From Rickettsiales bacterium (GTDB taxonomy: Bacteria; Pseudomonadota; Alphaproteobacteria; Rickettsiales; BLZN01): a DNA stretch of 64,000 nt. Below the pieces are notes generated by a model. The model worked only from the letters and a program-made list of their open reading frames with translations. It ran no database searches and was not told the DNA's origin. The translations under genes were made by a program, and so were the position numbers. The stretch is taken from assembly GCA_014132315.1 (NCBI GenBank), contig BLZN01000136.1, forward strand, positions 10,654 to 74,653, given 5' to 3'. This document shows, in pieces, positions 21,755 to 32,713 of the stretch. Each line of letters begins with the position of its first letter. The stretch's first letter is position 1.

Positions 21755-22996
21755 ATGAGAAGAGTAGTTGTAACTGGCATTGGCTTGGTAACACCGCTAT
21801 CTGCCTTTACTGAAAAGGGTTGGCAGAGAATTATTGCAGGAGAATCCGGGGTGAGCAACATTTCTAGTTTTCCTGTAGATGACTTACCCTGCAAGATTGC
21901 CGCGCAGCTTTCCTCCAAAGATGGGGATTTTGACGCTAACGATTGGGTGTCCACACGAGATCAAAGAAAACTAGATAGCTTTACGATATATGGTCTGGCT
22001 GCTACCAAGCAAGCCCTTGACGATGCTGGATGGGCGCCTAGCGACGATAAATCATTAGAGAGCACAGGTGTGATTATCGGTTCTGGAATTGGCGGGCTAA
22101 TCAGCATTGAAAAGAATGCCTTGTCGCTGCAAAGTGAAGGCTTTAAAAAAGTCAGCCCATTCTTTATTCCTGCGAGTCTGATAAATTTACTGTCTGGCCA
22201 TGTTGCTATGAGGTATGGCTTCAGGGGGCCGAATCATTCCGTGGTAACTGCTTGTGCCACTGGTGCCCACGCAATTGGCGATGCTGCCTGCATAATTCAG
22301 CGAGGTGATGCAGATGTTATGATCGCTGGCGGAGCTGAAGCTCCTTTGTGCAGGATCGGGGTAGCAGGATTTGCTAGGATGGGAGCATTGTCGACTCATT
22401 TTAATGACAGGCCTGAGGCAGCTTCCAGGCCTTGGGATCAGGACAGGGACGGCTTTGTTATGGGTGAGGGAGCGGGAGTTTTGGTGCTGGAGGAATATGA
22501 GCATGCGAGGGGGCGTTCGGCAAATATTTATGGTGAAATTTTAGGATATGGTTTATCTGGTGACGCGCATCACATTACCGCCCCTCATCCTGAAGGAAGA
22601 GGGGCGGTTTTAGCCATGCGCATGGCCCTGAGGCAGGCCAAGATTGACCAAGTCGATTATATCAATGCACATGGTACTTCAACTCCTGCGGGCGATGAAA
22701 TTGAGCTGAAGGCTGTAATGGAGGTATTTGATGGCAAAATCACCATGTCTTCAACCAAGTCTTGCACCGGGCATTTGTTGGGGGCAGCTGGCAGCGTGGA
22801 GGCTATTTTGTGTTTATTGGCCATGCGCGATGGGGCTGTTCCCCCGACAATAAATTTGGATAACCCCGTTGATCACCATGACAGAGTAAATTTGGTTGCA
22901 AATTCTGCACAAGAAAAAAAGATGAAAATTGCCATGTCTAACTCATTTGGTTTTGGCGGAACTAATGTATCTTTAGTTTTTTGCAGAGTCACTTGA
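21755..22996 (+). CDS. fabF: 3-oxoacyl-ACP synthase II
   Basis: 413 aa. Active-site VVTACATGAHAIGDA, plus NAHGTSTPAGD and NSFGFGGTN. Starts 3 nt after acpP. Confidence 0.95.
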   Translation: MRRVVVTGIGLVTPLSAFTEKGWQRIIAGESGVSNISSFPVDDLPCKIAAQLSSKDGDFDANDWVSTRDQRKLDSFTIYGLAATKQALDDAGWAPSDDKSLESTGVIIGSGIGGLISIEKNALSLQSEGFKKVSPFFIPASLINLLSGHVAMRYGFRGPNHSVVTACATGAHAIGDAACIIQRGDADVMIAGGAEAPLCRIGVAGFARMGALSTHFNDRPEAASRPWDQDRDGFVMGEGAGVLVLEEYEHARGRSANIYGEILGYGLSGDAHHITAPHPEGRGAVLAMRMALRQAKIDQVDYINAHGTSTPAGDEIELKAVMEVFDGKITMSSTKSCTGHLLGAAGSVEAILCLLAMRDGAVPPTINLDNPVDHHDRVNLVANSAQEKKMKIAMSNSFGFGGTNVSLVFCRVT

Positions 22997-23326
22997 ATAA
23001 AATTTTCATATTTCTAGCATTAACCTTTATGTCTATAGACATAAAAGATAAATAGAGCATTTTCTGGGCTGCTTGCAAGAGTCCGCTTAAAAAATCACCC
23101 TGTCTTAAAGTTTGATTCTAGCAGCATATGTCGCGTGCTACTAGATTAGCCTTAAGCTTTATATTAATATTTTAAGTATAAGAAGAGCAGGGAGTAGCAA
23201 GGCAATAGCTCTGATATACTTTGCTGATGCGCTTTAGGCTGCGGCATATCTGCTATTTGTTCCGTAAATACTATTGAATGCCACATATCTTAAGCCGATA
23301 TTTATATTTTATTAACAAAACAATCA

Positions 23327-25054
23327 CTACATTTTTTCCAGTGGCGCTATGTTAAGCAAATTTAGTCCGCAGCATATTATGTTTTTTATTGCGCTCACTA
23401 GCGATAATCTGGCTATTGTTAGAGGAATATCATCTAAAAAAATGAATTTTTTTAGCTCGCTGTCTTTGCCGCTGTTCCATAGGGAGTGGAACTGTGATGC
23501 AACTTCATATAGATAAAAGACCAGCTTATGGGCCTCGTAGGACAGCGCTACTTTCTCAACCAAATGCGGAAAATAAGCCAAAATCTTGATTATCGAAAGT
23601 TCTCCTGGCAATGACAGTAGGCTGAGCTCTGCATCTGATAAATCAGATTCCCCCACATATTCCCTGGTTTTGCTTATTACCGAGCTTGCACGCGCGCAAG
23701 CATATTGAATATAAAATACGATATTTTCTTTTGATTGCTCCTTGGTTTTTTCTATATCGAAATTAATCACCATGTCGTTTTTGCAGAGCAGCATGATGAT
23801 CCTCAGAGAATCTTTATCCACAAGCTCCAGCACATCCTGCACGGTGAGGAGCTTTCCAGCTCTTTTTGACATCTTGATTGCAATATTGTTTTTATACAGA
23901 TTCACAATATCGTGAAATAGGATGTCTATCCTTGCATTGCCACCGCTGAGGGCAGCAACTGCCGCTTGCATGCGTTTTTTATAGCCGCCGTGATCCTTGC
24001 CAATTTCCAATATCATGTGGCTAAATCCTCTTTTCATTTTGTCCAGATGATAAGCGATATCAGAAGCAAAATAAGTCCAGCTGCCGTCTGATTTCTGCAG
24101 CGGTCTGTCTATGTCGTCGCCATAATCAGTGGAGCGAAACAGCACCTGCTCCCTTGGTTCCCAGTCTTCCGGAAGTTTTCCCTTGGGGGCAGGCAACTTT
24201 CCTTCGTATATCAGCCCTTTGCTCCGCAATATTGCCAGTGATTCATCCAGCCTACCTGAATTATGCATATCAGATTCGCTTACAAAGAGATCAAAATCCA
24301 CCCCCAAATCTCCGAGATCCTGCTTTATCATCTTTATGATAGCCTCTACGGCATATTTTTTTATTATCCCCAGCCATTTTTTCTTCTCCATGGAGGCATC
24401 AGGATATTTTGCTGCCAGCTCCTTTGCTATTTTTGTTATATATTCTCCTGGATAGGCAATTGGCTCGTTTATTTTCCTTCCCAGACATTCTAGATAGCGC
24501 ATGTGCACTGACCCGGCCAGCTCATCAATCTGCTTGCCTGCATCGTTTATGTAATATTCCTTGGTGATTTGATGGCCGGTTTTTTTTAATACTCTGGCCA
24601 GAACATCACCTATTATCGCTCCTCTTGCGTTGCCCAGGTGTAGAGGGCCGGTGGGGTTTGCCGAGACAAATTCCAGATTAATTTTCTTGCCATTGCCCAA
24701 GTTTGAATTGCCGAATTCTAGTTTTTTTTGATTTATGTTCTTGATTGTATTCTGCCATATATAATCTTTAATTATGATATTAATAAACGGCGGTGACGCA
24801 ATGCTGACCGACTTTATGTAATCAACTTTTGCAAGCCTTGCGGCAATTAAATCAGCAATCTCTACTGCATTTTTGTTGGTTTGTGGCGCGATTATCATGG
24901 CTGCGTTGGACGCGATATCACCATGTAGCTTATTTTTTGGTATCTCTGCATTTATTTTTTCAAGCCTGATGTTTTGTGGTAAAGCTGAAACTTCAATCAA
25001 ATATCCTATTTGGATAATTATTTCTTTTTTTACTGATTCATATATATTGTCCAT
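23327..25054 (-). CDS. argS: Arginyl-tRNA synthetase
   Basis: 575 aa. Contains EFVSANPTGPLHLGNARG and KMSKRAGK. Confidence 0.95.
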   Translation of the reverse strand: MDNIYESVKKEIIIQIGYLIEVSALPQNIRLEKINAEIPKNKLHGDIASNAAMIIAPQTNKNAVEIADLIAARLAKVDYIKSVSIASPPFINIIIKDYIWQNTIKNINQKKLEFGNSNLGNGKKINLEFVSANPTGPLHLGNARGAIIGDVLARVLKKTGHQITKEYYINDAGKQIDELAGSVHMRYLECLGRKINEPIAYPGEYITKIAKELAAKYPDASMEKKKWLGIIKKYAVEAIIKMIKQDLGDLGVDFDLFVSESDMHNSGRLDESLAILRSKGLIYEGKLPAPKGKLPEDWEPREQVLFRSTDYGDDIDRPLQKSDGSWTYFASDIAYHLDKMKRGFSHMILEIGKDHGGYKKRMQAAVAALSGGNARIDILFHDIVNLYKNNIAIKMSKRAGKLLTVQDVLELVDKDSLRIIMLLCKNDMVINFDIEKTKEQSKENIVFYIQYACARASSVISKTREYVGESDLSDAELSLLSLPGELSIIKILAYFPHLVEKVALSYEAHKLVFYLYEVASQFHSLWNSGKDSELKKFIFLDDIPLTIARLSLVSAIKNIICCGLNLLNIAPLEKM

Positions 25055-25190
25055 ATTTATTGCAACTTAGGATAGTATTTATATATTATAGTTACTGCGC
25101 TTAATACGTCTATTTATACTGCAAAAGTTGTTGATGTTTTAATATTAAGCTAAACAAATTAGATTTATGATTTCAAATTTGGGGCTATAT

Positions 25191-25754
25191 CTAGTTTGAG
25201 CTATTCAATTCCGCTTTAAGATCATATATATTTTCTTTATTATCTAATTTTTCTAGAATTTTTATGACCTTTTCCGGCGTCAAATTCTCAAAATAAAATT
25301 CATTTATTTGGATCACTGGTGCATTTACGCATGCACCCAGACACTCTACCTCCACTAAAGTAAATTTTTTATCCGCAGTGGTTTCTCCCACGTCAATTGC
25401 CAGCTTTTTTCTACATGCACCCAGACATTTTTCGCTTCCTCGCAGCCAGCACGGAGTGGTGCGACATACTTGCACCAGATATTTCCCAGTAGGGCTGAGG
25501 TTAAACATGCTGTAGAAAGTAGCGACTTCATATACCTTCATATTAGGCATGCTCAGCGTTTCTGCGACGCAATCCATCGCTGCTTTGGGGAGCCATCCAC
25601 CCGCTTGTTTTTGTGCCAGGCTGAGCAGAGCAAGCACCGCGCTGGCCTGTTTGCCTTCCGGATACTTACTAATTTCTGTTTGTGCAAGCTTGAGATTTTC
25701 CTCCGTAAAGGCAAATTCTTTTGGGCCTAAAAGTTTTAATCTCCTTTTGGTCAT
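25191..25754 (-). CDS. nuoE: NADH-quinone oxidoreductase subunit E
   Basis: Contains [11 protein letters not shown] and [11 protein letters not shown] (2Fe-2S ligands). I place the start at MTKRR (ATG 25754), which forms an ATGA overlap with the nuoD stop. The track's 42-aa extension is unlikely. Confidence 0.9.
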   Translation of the reverse strand: MTKRRLKLLGPKEFAFTEENLKLAQTEISKYPEGKQASAVLALLSLAQKQAGGWLPKAAMDCVAETLSMPNMKVYEVATFYSMFNLSPTGKYLVQVCRTTPCWLRGSEKCLGACRKKLAIDVGETTADKKFTLVEVECLGACVNAPVIQINEFYFENLTPEKVIKILEKLDNKENIYDLKAELNSSN

Positions 25755-26932
25755 CTGTCTATCTCGCCAAAAACTATGTCTATAGAGCCAATGATAGCAG
25801 TGACATCGGCAAGCATGTGGCCTTTTGCCATGTGGTTTAGCGCCTGCAGATGGGCAAATCCTGGTGCCCTGATTCTGCATCTATAGGGTTTGTTGGTTCC
25901 ATCTGAGACTAGATATACCCCGAATTCTCCTTTGGGGGCCTCGACTGCCGCATACACTTCTCCTGATTGCACGTGATAGCCCTCGGAATATAGCTTAAAA
26001 TGGTGGATTAAGGCCTCCATCGACCTCTTCATCTCTTTTCTGGGTGGGGGCGAAATCTTACGATCCGCAGTCTTGACCGGTCCTTCAGGCAGTTTTTCCA
26101 GGCATTGCCTGATGATTTTCACCGACTGCCGCATCTCCTCCATTCTAACCAGATATCGGTCGTAGCAGTCTCCATTTTTGCCGATTGGAATGTCGAAGTC
26201 CAGCTCACCATAAACCTCACACGGCTGGCTTTTTCGCAAATCCCAGGCCACCCCGGACGCACGCAGCATTGGGCCACTGAAACCCCAGTCCATCGCATCT
26301 TCTTTGGAGACCTTGCCGATGTCCACCAGGCGTTGCTTCCAGATGCGATTCTCAGTTAGCAGAGAATCAACTTCATCTATGTGCTTGGGAAATGTCTCGA
26401 TGAATTTCATTATGTCCTCCGGCAGATCTTTTGGGACATCTGCCGCTAATCCCCCTGGCCTGATATAGGCAGCATGAAAACGAGCTCCGGACGCACGCTC
26501 ATAAAATTCGAGTATTTTTTCTCGCTCTTCAAACAGCCACAGCAGCGGCGTCATCGCGCCTACATCCAGAGCTTGCGAGGAGATATTCAGCAGATGGTTA
26601 AGTATCCTGGTTAGTTCAGAAAAAAGCACCCTGAGATATTGCGCTCTGACTGGTACTTCACATTTGAGTAATTTTTCCACCGCCAAGCTATATGCATGCT
26701 CCTGTGACATTGGCGAAACATAGTCCAGGCGATCGAAGTAAGGCAAAGCCTGCAGATAGTTTTTATATTCTATCAGTTTTTCCGTGCCCCGATGCAAAAA
26801 CCCGATATGTGGGTCAGCTTTTTCTATGGCCTCGCCATCCATCTCCAGAACCAACCTCAAAACCCCGTGTGCTGCGGGATGCTGCGGCCCAAAATTAAGG
26901 TTCATTGTTGTTTTTTTGCTATTTTTTTTCAT
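25751..26932 (-). CDS. nuoD: NADH-quinone oxidoreductase subunit D
   Basis: 393 aa. Contains [22 protein letters not shown] and [11 protein letters not shown]. Confidence 0.95.
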   Translation of the reverse strand: MKKNSKKTTMNLNFGPQHPAAHGVLRLVLEMDGEAIEKADPHIGFLHRGTEKLIEYKNYLQALPYFDRLDYVSPMSQEHAYSLAVEKLLKCEVPVRAQYLRVLFSELTRILNHLLNISSQALDVGAMTPLLWLFEEREKILEFYERASGARFHAAYIRPGGLAADVPKDLPEDIMKFIETFPKHIDEVDSLLTENRIWKQRLVDIGKVSKEDAMDWGFSGPMLRASGVAWDLRKSQPCEVYGELDFDIPIGKNGDCYDRYLVRMEEMRQSVKIIRQCLEKLPEGPVKTADRKISPPPRKEMKRSMEALIHHFKLYSEGYHVQSGEVYAAVEAPKGEFGVYLVSDGTNKPYRCRIRAPGFAHLQALNHMAKGHMLADVTAIIGSIDIVFGEIDR

Positions 26933-27082
26933 GGCTTATCCACTGGATCTTCCTATGTTACAACATTGCTACATTTTGGCAAACTATTTGTATTGTTACA
27001 TAATGATATTATTATTAATTTTATTAATTTTAGTATATATCAAATAAGCCTGCTGATTTTTGTTAAGCATTCGGTGGAATTT

Positions 27083-28240
27083 TCAGCCGACTAAGTCTAA
27101 GATTATTCCATTAAGCAGCATGAAGCCCTTTTTGGTTGTCTTGATGGATTGGCTGTCAGAGGCCACAAGCCCTTCTCTTTCTAGTTTTTTGACATTATGC
27201 ATGTTGATCGATTCCTCCAGCATAGCGCCACTTTTTGCATAAAAATCTTGCTTATTGATGCCCTCCCTGAGGCGCATCCCCATCATAATATATTCAGTGA
27301 TCAGCTCTTGCTGGCTGAGTGTTTTGATTATTTGTATGCCGCTGTTCTGCTTGATAACTTTTTGCAGCCAGTGTTCTGGTTTATATGCCATGGTGATGGC
27401 AAAATGTTTGCCGGCATATATCCTGCTATGTGCCCCTGGCCCAATGCCAATATAATCGCAGTAGCGCCAATATTGCAGATTGTGCTGGCATTCTTTGCCG
27501 GGCCTGGAGTGGTTCGAAACCTCATAGGCCGCCATCCCGACTGAATCCATGATTTCTTGCGTCAGACAAAAAAGATCTGCCCCCAGATCATCGCTCGGCA
27601 TCTTGAGTTTTCCCTGCTTGTGATATTGATGAAACTTTGTCCCAGGCTCGATCGTGAGCTGATAAAGTGATATATGGTCCCTAACCAAATTCAGCGCATA
27701 TCTGAGCTCCCGTTCCCACTGCTCTTTAGTTTGTCCCGGAGTGGCATAAATCAAGTCAAATGAATATCTGGAGAAAAATTTGGCCGCGATCTCGATAGCT
27801 TTTATGGCCTCTTTGCTGTTATGATTTCTTCCCAGGAGCTTTAGTCTGCTTGCCTCCAATGACTGTACTCCTACTGAAACTCTATTGATGCCGATATCGC
27901 TGAATTCCTTAAATTTTTTAGCATCAGCAGAATTTGGGTTGGCCTCTAGAGTGATTTCGGCATCGCTTTTTACTGTATAAAATCTATATATTGTTTTTAT
28001 GATTTTTTCTGCTATTTTAGTTGGCATAGTGCTGGGGGTGCCACCACCGAAATATACGGTTTTGATAGGTCGATTGCCTATAAAGGACGTAAAATTACTG
28101 ATTTCTTTTAGGTATGCATCTTCCCATTTTTGGTATTCTATTTTGTCACTTACATGGCTATTAAAATCGCAATATGGACATTTTGCAGTGCAGAATGGCC
28201 AATGTATATATATGCTGACTGCTGATGTGCCATGTTTCAT
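27083..28240 (-). CDS. hemW: Radical-SAM heme chaperone / oxygen-independent coproporphyrinogen oxidase-like HemW
   Basis: 385 aa. Contains YIHWPFCTAKCPYCDF (CxxxCxxC), YFGGGTPS and SLYQLTIEPGT. Confidence 0.85.
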   Translation of the reverse strand: MKHGTSAVSIYIHWPFCTAKCPYCDFNSHVSDKIEYQKWEDAYLKEISNFTSFIGNRPIKTVYFGGGTPSTMPTKIAEKIIKTIYRFYTVKSDAEITLEANPNSADAKKFKEFSDIGINRVSVGVQSLEASRLKLLGRNHNSKEAIKAIEIAAKFFSRYSFDLIYATPGQTKEQWERELRYALNLVRDHISLYQLTIEPGTKFHQYHKQGKLKMPSDDLGADLFCLTQEIMDSVGMAAYEVSNHSRPGKECQHNLQYWRYCDYIGIGPGAHSRIYAGKHFAITMAYKPEHWLQKVIKQNSGIQIIKTLSQQELITEYIMMGMRLREGINKQDFYAKSGAMLEESINMHNVKKLEREGLVASDSQSIKTTKKGFMLLNGIILDLVG

Positions 28241-28282
28241 TGGGCGCCTAGGTTTAAATGGAGTTAAATAGGGTTATTTTAT

Positions 28283-29227
28283 ATGAGCAAAGGACTAGCA
28301 GGCAAATTTATTGTTGCACTAACTTGCGCTCCGCAAGGATGGCTGAGAGCAGGACACGGATTTTTCTCAATAATGGAAGGAATGTTGAGCCTGCCGATAA
28401 AATTTCTGCAGGGCGGTTTCCAGTGGCTTGTGCAGGGCAAAACCCATCCAAATCTTTTCTCCGCAGCAAAAAGCAAGGTAACAAAAGGATGTAGCGAAAT
28501 CAGAAACAACTGGATACAGTTATTAGAATTAGCGATGTTTGTGGGCATGCTGCTCATGTTTGCCATGCCGATATCTCTTATTCTTGGCTGCGGCATGGTT
28601 GTTGCCATGTGTTTTGTGGTGAGGGGTATTTTTCAGGTGCCTTGCCCAAAAGAAGTTTTATATGAGCAGCCGCCGCTAGGCACCGAGCAAAAGAAAACCC
28701 CAGGGTGTCTTGATCTGCTCAACAGTATCATATGCGCACCTGTCTCTTTGCTCCGGGGCATTGTAGAGCTTGTCTCAAGCTTGGTTTATGCAATCAAAGC
28801 AGCGCTATTCTATCTAGTTGCCAATAAATCCAGCTCTGAATATCACCAGTCTAGCGAAAACTGTATTAAATTTTCTGCTTATTATGCAATCAGCAGCTTG
28901 AATAAAATTATTAGCAGTGTCGCTGCGCTGTTGCTATTTTTGCCTATGAAGATATTGAGTTGGTTTGCGCCGGAGAGAGCTGAGCAGATTTTTGGCTTTT
29001 TTCAAGAAAGCAGCAAGTCTCTTGCTGAGGCAGCAAAGGCGAAAATTGCAGAGTCTCCTTCGGTTGGCTGCTGCAGCAGTGACACAAAGCAGGAGGCTGC
29101 TCAACATAAACAGTTTGCCGGCGATAGCGATAAAACATGTGCCGCTATGGATACGAATATATCTGAGACTAGCACCACTAGATCTTGTGGGTCAAAATGC
29201 GAAGAACAGCAATGGCAACTGCTCTGA
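28283..29227 (+). CDS. Orphan polytopic membrane protein with Cys/Ser-rich acidic tail
   Basis: 314-aa ORF between hemW and nuoH. Hydrophobic runs LAMFVGMLLMFAMPISLILGCGMVVAMCFVV and SSVAALLLFLPMKILSWF. I recognise no family motif. Confidence 0.55.
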   Translation: MSKGLAGKFIVALTCAPQGWLRAGHGFFSIMEGMLSLPIKFLQGGFQWLVQGKTHPNLFSAAKSKVTKGCSEIRNNWIQLLELAMFVGMLLMFAMPISLILGCGMVVAMCFVVRGIFQVPCPKEVLYEQPPLGTEQKKTPGCLDLLNSIICAPVSLLRGIVELVSSLVYAIKAALFYLVANKSSSEYHQSSENCIKFSAYYAISSLNKIISSVAALLLFLPMKILSWFAPERAEQIFGFFQESSKSLAEAAKAKIAESPSVGCCSSDTKQEAAQHKQFAGDSDKTCAAMDTNISETSTTRSCGSKCEEQQWQLL

Positions 29228-29364
29228 GTCTTCCTCTGCTGAAGATACTGTGGATAAATGCCGTAATGTTAGTATTAGTAATGATAATGCGTGTTGCTTG
29301 GTTCGTTGACCGTTGTTTTAGCTAAATGGTATAGTTATATTTATCTTAGAGTGATGAGTGACAT

Positions 29365-30435
29365 ATGGCTGATATTTTAAGTGCTATTTATACTTTTGCT
29401 ACCAAGATGCTGCAAGACACCGCAGAGCTTCGCGGCATTTTATTTAGCATAATTTCTGTTACAATTCCGCTTTTGCTGGCAGTGGCATATTTAACTTATT
29501 TTGAAAGAAAAATTATTGCGGCCATGCAGATCAGGCAGGGCCCCAGCTTGGTTGGGCCTTTTGGCCTATTGCAGCCTTTTGCAGATGCAATTAAATTAAT
29601 GTCGAAGGAGAATATTATACCCGCTAAAGCTAATAAATTAATTTTTTTTAAAGCCCCGATATTAACTTTTGTTTTGGCGCTCATAGGCTGGGCAGTGATT
29701 CCTTTTGGTGCACATACCGAGATAAATGCAGCTGGCAATACGGTGATAATCCCCAAAGTTATTGCCAACATAAACCTAGGGGTTTTATATTTACTTGCTA
29801 TTTCTTCCATGGGGGTTTATGGGATTATCATGGCGGGCTGGGCCAGCAATTCCAAATATGCCTTTCTCGGGGCGATTCGCTCTGCTGCACAGATGATTTC
29901 TTATGAAATCCCGATTGGTTTGATTATCATAGCCGTTTTGCTGATGGCTGGGTCGCTTAACCTGACTGATATTGTCCTTGCACAAGTTTCTATGCCCTGG
30001 TGGCAGAAGCTGCTGATGGTGCCTATGGCGGTGATTTTTTTTATATCAATTCTTGCCGAGACAAACCGACATCCATTTGATCTGCCAGAGGCTGAGTCAG
30101 AGCTGGTGGCGGGTTATAACGTTGAATATTCATCCATACCTTTCGCGCTATTTTTCTTGGGAGAATATGCAAATATGATCTTGATGAGCGCCGTGATGAG
30201 CATTCTGTTTTTGGGTGGGTGGTATCCGCCACTGGATATTGGTATTTTATATAAAATACCGGGCTTGTTTTGGTTGATCCTGAAAATTTGTTTTATTTTA
30301 TTTATGTTTATTTGGGTGAGGGCCACTTTGCCGCGTTATCGTTATGATCAGCTGATGAGCCTGGGTTGGAAAATTTTCATCCCAATCACTTTATTTTCCG
30401 TAAGCATTATAGCTGGGCAAGCAGTATACTGGTAA
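29365..30435 (+). CDS. nuoH: NADH-quinone oxidoreductase subunit H
   Basis: 356 aa polytopic protein. Contains [51 protein letters not shown] and RYRYDQLM. Confidence 0.95.
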   Translation: MADILSAIYTFATKMLQDTAELRGILFSIISVTIPLLLAVAYLTYFERKIIAAMQIRQGPSLVGPFGLLQPFADAIKLMSKENIIPAKANKLIFFKAPILTFVLALIGWAVIPFGAHTEINAAGNTVIIPKVIANINLGVLYLLAISSMGVYGIIMAGWASNSKYAFLGAIRSAAQMISYEIPIGLIIIAVLLMAGSLNLTDIVLAQVSMPWWQKLLMVPMAVIFFISILAETNRHPFDLPEAESELVAGYNVEYSSIPFALFFLGEYANMILMSAVMSILFLGGWYPPLDIGILYKIPGLFWLILKICFILFMFIWVRATLPRYRYDQLMSLGWKIFIPITLFSVSIIAGQAVYW

Positions 30436-30822
30436 TTCCGGAAGCGGACCACCCTTGTTTGTTATGGAATTCCATCTGTCCTTATCCAGACTTTGAATCG
30501 ATATTATTTCAATAGATCCGATAGGTTCATAACATAATACGTAGTAGTACTGTAAGTAATCATTCCAAACACTCTCTGCTGCACTATGGCTGTCCTTCCC
30601 AGTCCTCACGCAATTCAATATTCTTTTTGTAGCATTAAAATTTTCACCTCCATACTTCTTATTATATTCATCTTTTTTGAATGAGAAGAATTCATCCATA
30701 TATGTTGTTTTGGGTACAGGGCGCTTAAATTTTTCACTCAACCTTGAAGTTATTGAACGAAGATCTTCTTTATATAATGAGCCACTATTGAATTCAGGAT
30801 CGTGAATGCATTCAAAATACAT
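30391..30822 (-). CDS. AT-rich orphan ORF between nuoH and nuoI
   Basis: 143-aa ORF. Its last 15 codons are antisense to the nuoH 3' end. A very AT-rich 200-bp divergent promoter region lies upstream. I recognise no motif. Confidence 0.4.
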   Translation of the reverse strand: MYFECIHDPEFNSGSLYKEDLRSITSRLSEKFKRPVPKTTYMDEFFSFKKDEYNKKYGGENFNATKRILNCVRTGKDSHSAAESVWNDYLQYYYVLCYEPIGSIEIISIQSLDKDRWNSITNKGGPLPELPVYCLPSYNAYGK

Positions 30823-31023
30823 TTGGAAATACCAAAAAGCATATCTAATATTTCTTTATATAATTCTTGCATGAATACTAATTATAATGTTTTTTACAAA
30901 TATATATATAATATTTAAATTTTAATGTCAAGATTTTTATTGTTAATTATAATTCAGTTATTATTATTGTTTATGTATAGTAACTTTGAATTAGAAATTT
31001 AATTTGATAGTATATATTTTGTT

Positions 31024-31518
31024 ATGTTTAGATATTTTCGCAGATTTTTTGTATTTTGTTTTTTGTTAGAGATAATCAAAGGGCTTGCTATTACCCTAAA
31101 AATAGCGATATTTAGACGCAAAGCCACCCTGCGTTATCCCTATCAGAAGGGCAAGATCAGCTCTCGTTTCAGAGGCGAGCATGCGCTCAGGCGCTATCCC
31201 AATGGAGAGGAACGCTGCATAGCTTGCAAGCTATGCGAGGCTATTTGTCCTGCACAGGCAATCACCATCGAGGCGGAGGAGCGCTCTGACGGCAGCAGGC
31301 GCACCACCAGATATGATATTGACATGACTAAATGTATTTATTGCGGCCTTTGCCAGGAGGCTTGCCCGGTTGATGCTATAGTTGAGGGGCCAAATTTCGA
31401 ATATGCCACTGAGACACATGAAGAGTTGCTCTATGACAAGCAGAAGCTGCTGGAGAATGGAGATCGTTGGGAGAAGGAAATTGAATTGATGCTCAAGAAA
31501 AATGCAGATTGTTGCTAA
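31024..31518 (+). CDS. nuoI: NADH-quinone oxidoreductase subunit I
   Basis: 164 aa. Two 4Fe-4S motifs, [12 protein letters not shown] and [12 protein letters not shown]. Confidence 0.95.
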   Translation: MFRYFRRFFVFCFLLEIIKGLAITLKIAIFRRKATLRYPYQKGKISSRFRGEHALRRYPNGEERCIACKLCEAICPAQAITIEAEERSDGSRRTTRYDIDMTKCIYCGLCQEACPVDAIVEGPNFEYATETHEELLYDKQKLLENGDRWEKEIELMLKKNADCC

Positions 31519-31951
31519 ATATTACCTCTGGACCAAGGCGTTCCATGTTATTTTTGTGATTTCATGGATGGCTGGTATGCTTTATTTACCAAGGCTTTAT
31601 GTGTATCATGCTGAGACTGTCTTGGGATCAGAGATAGATGAAAAATTCCAGATTATGGAAAGAAGATTGTTGAGAATTATCATAAACCCTGCGATGATAT
31701 TGTCGCTGCTTACTGGGCTGATTTTAATTGCAATCACCAAGGCTGGAGCGCCCGGGACTGGCCTGTGGATGCACATCAAGCTTTTGTTTGTGGTGGCTTT
31801 ATTGCTAAACCATATGTTGCTTAGCTACTACAGGAAGCGGTTTGTTGCAGGCTTGAATAAAAAATCTGCAAATTTTTTCCGTTTCTTGAATGAAGCCGGT
31901 ACTTTGTGTATGATTGTGATTGTCATAATGGTAATAGTGAGGCCTTTTTAA
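31502..31951 (+). CDS. hemJ: Protoporphyrinogen IX oxidase HemJ-type membrane protein
   Basis: 149 aa. Contains [25 protein letters not shown] and four TM segments. Overlaps the nuoI end by 17 nt. Confidence 0.8.
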   Translation: MQIVAKYYLWTKAFHVIFVISWMAGMLYLPRLYVYHAETVLGSEIDEKFQIMERRLLRIIINPAMILSLLTGLILIAITKAGAPGTGLWMHIKLLFVVALLLNHMLLSYYRKRFVAGLNKKSANFFRFLNEAGTLCMIVIVIMVIVRPF

Positions 31952-32682
31952 TGTTTGGCTTGAATGGGATGAAAGCTTTGGTAATAGGGGCTACCGGAGG
32001 TATAGGAAGTGCTATTGCGCGTTCTTTGCATGCGCACGGGGCTGAGCTTGTGGTTTCGGGGAGAAATGAGCTGAGGCTTGTGGAGCTTGCCAAGGAGCTC
32101 GAAGGTAAGGCGCATCCAATCACTTGCGATATCGCCAAGATCAAAGAGGCTGAGCAGCTTGTAAAAACCGCGTATGAGTTGATGTCTGGGCTTGACGTAT
32201 TGGTCTATTGCGCTGGTATAGTGCGAGACAAATTACTGCTGCGTATGTCTTATGAAGAGTGGCAGGAAGTGATCGATGCCAATGTTGCTGCCGCTTTTGT
32301 GGCAAATAAATGTGCCTGTGGGATAATGGTCAAGCGCAAATTCGGCCGCATTATCAATATTGGCTCGGTGGTTGGGGCGCTTGGCAATCCTGGACAGACA
32401 AACTATGCTGCTTCCAAAGCAGCAATGGTTGGCATGATTAAGAGCATAGCCAAGGAATACGCAACACGTGGCATCACTGCTAACTGTGTGGCGCCGGGTT
32501 TTATAGACACGCCAATGGTTGCAGGGCTCAGCAGCAAGCGCACGGAGGAGGCGCTGCGGCAAATACCCATGGGCCGCTATGGCAAGCCAGAAGAAGTGGC
32601 CTCTGTTGTTACGTTTTTGGCAAGCAGAGAATCTAGCTATCTCACTGGCCAAGCCATAAATGTTGATGGTGGCATAACGTAG
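31951..32682 (+). CDS. fabG: 3-oxoacyl-ACP reductase
   Basis: Contains ALVIGATGGIGSAIA, NIGSVVG, NYAASKAAMVGM and GQAINVDGG. ATG 31951 forms a TAATG overlap with the hemJ stop. The track's earlier start is unlikely. Confidence 0.9.
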   Translation: MFGLNGMKALVIGATGGIGSAIARSLHAHGAELVVSGRNELRLVELAKELEGKAHPITCDIAKIKEAEQLVKTAYELMSGLDVLVYCAGIVRDKLLLRMSYEEWQEVIDANVAAAFVANKCACGIMVKRKFGRIINIGSVVGALGNPGQTNYAASKAAMVGMIKSIAKEYATRGITANCVAPGFIDTPMVAGLSSKRTEEALRQIPMGRYGKPEEVASVVTFLASRESSYLTGQAINVDGGIT

Positions 32683-32713
32683 TTTTTGGGTATGCCATGA
32701 AACATGAAAATCC

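Noticed and set aside
23017-23036. Perfect 20-bp palindrome tttatgtctatagacataaa in the convergent fabF/argS gap
   Set aside because: It is AT-rich, has no loop and no following T-tract. It could be a weak bidirectional terminator or a binding site, but there is no second copy and no supporting context.
25755-25880. N-terminal extensions proposed by the ORF track (nuoE 42 aa; likewise fabG from 31906, mtaB from 6377, hpf from 17430, xseB to 47949, the EamA transporter from 61318)
   Set aside because: The extensions overlap upstream genes or lack homology-like sequence. Internal ATG starts give canonical N-termini and typical ATGA/TAATG couplings.
26956-27000. Direct repeat of TGTTACA (26956-26962 and 26994-27000) upstream of nuoD as a possible regulator site
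   Set aside because: A 7-mer repeated once in AT-rich DNA is expected by chance, and I recognise no known operator.
28279-28608. 109-aa minus-strand ORF overlapping the start of the 28283-29227 ORF
   Set aside because: The plus-strand ORF is three times longer and has coherent TM segments. The minus-strand ORF is treated as a shadow frame.
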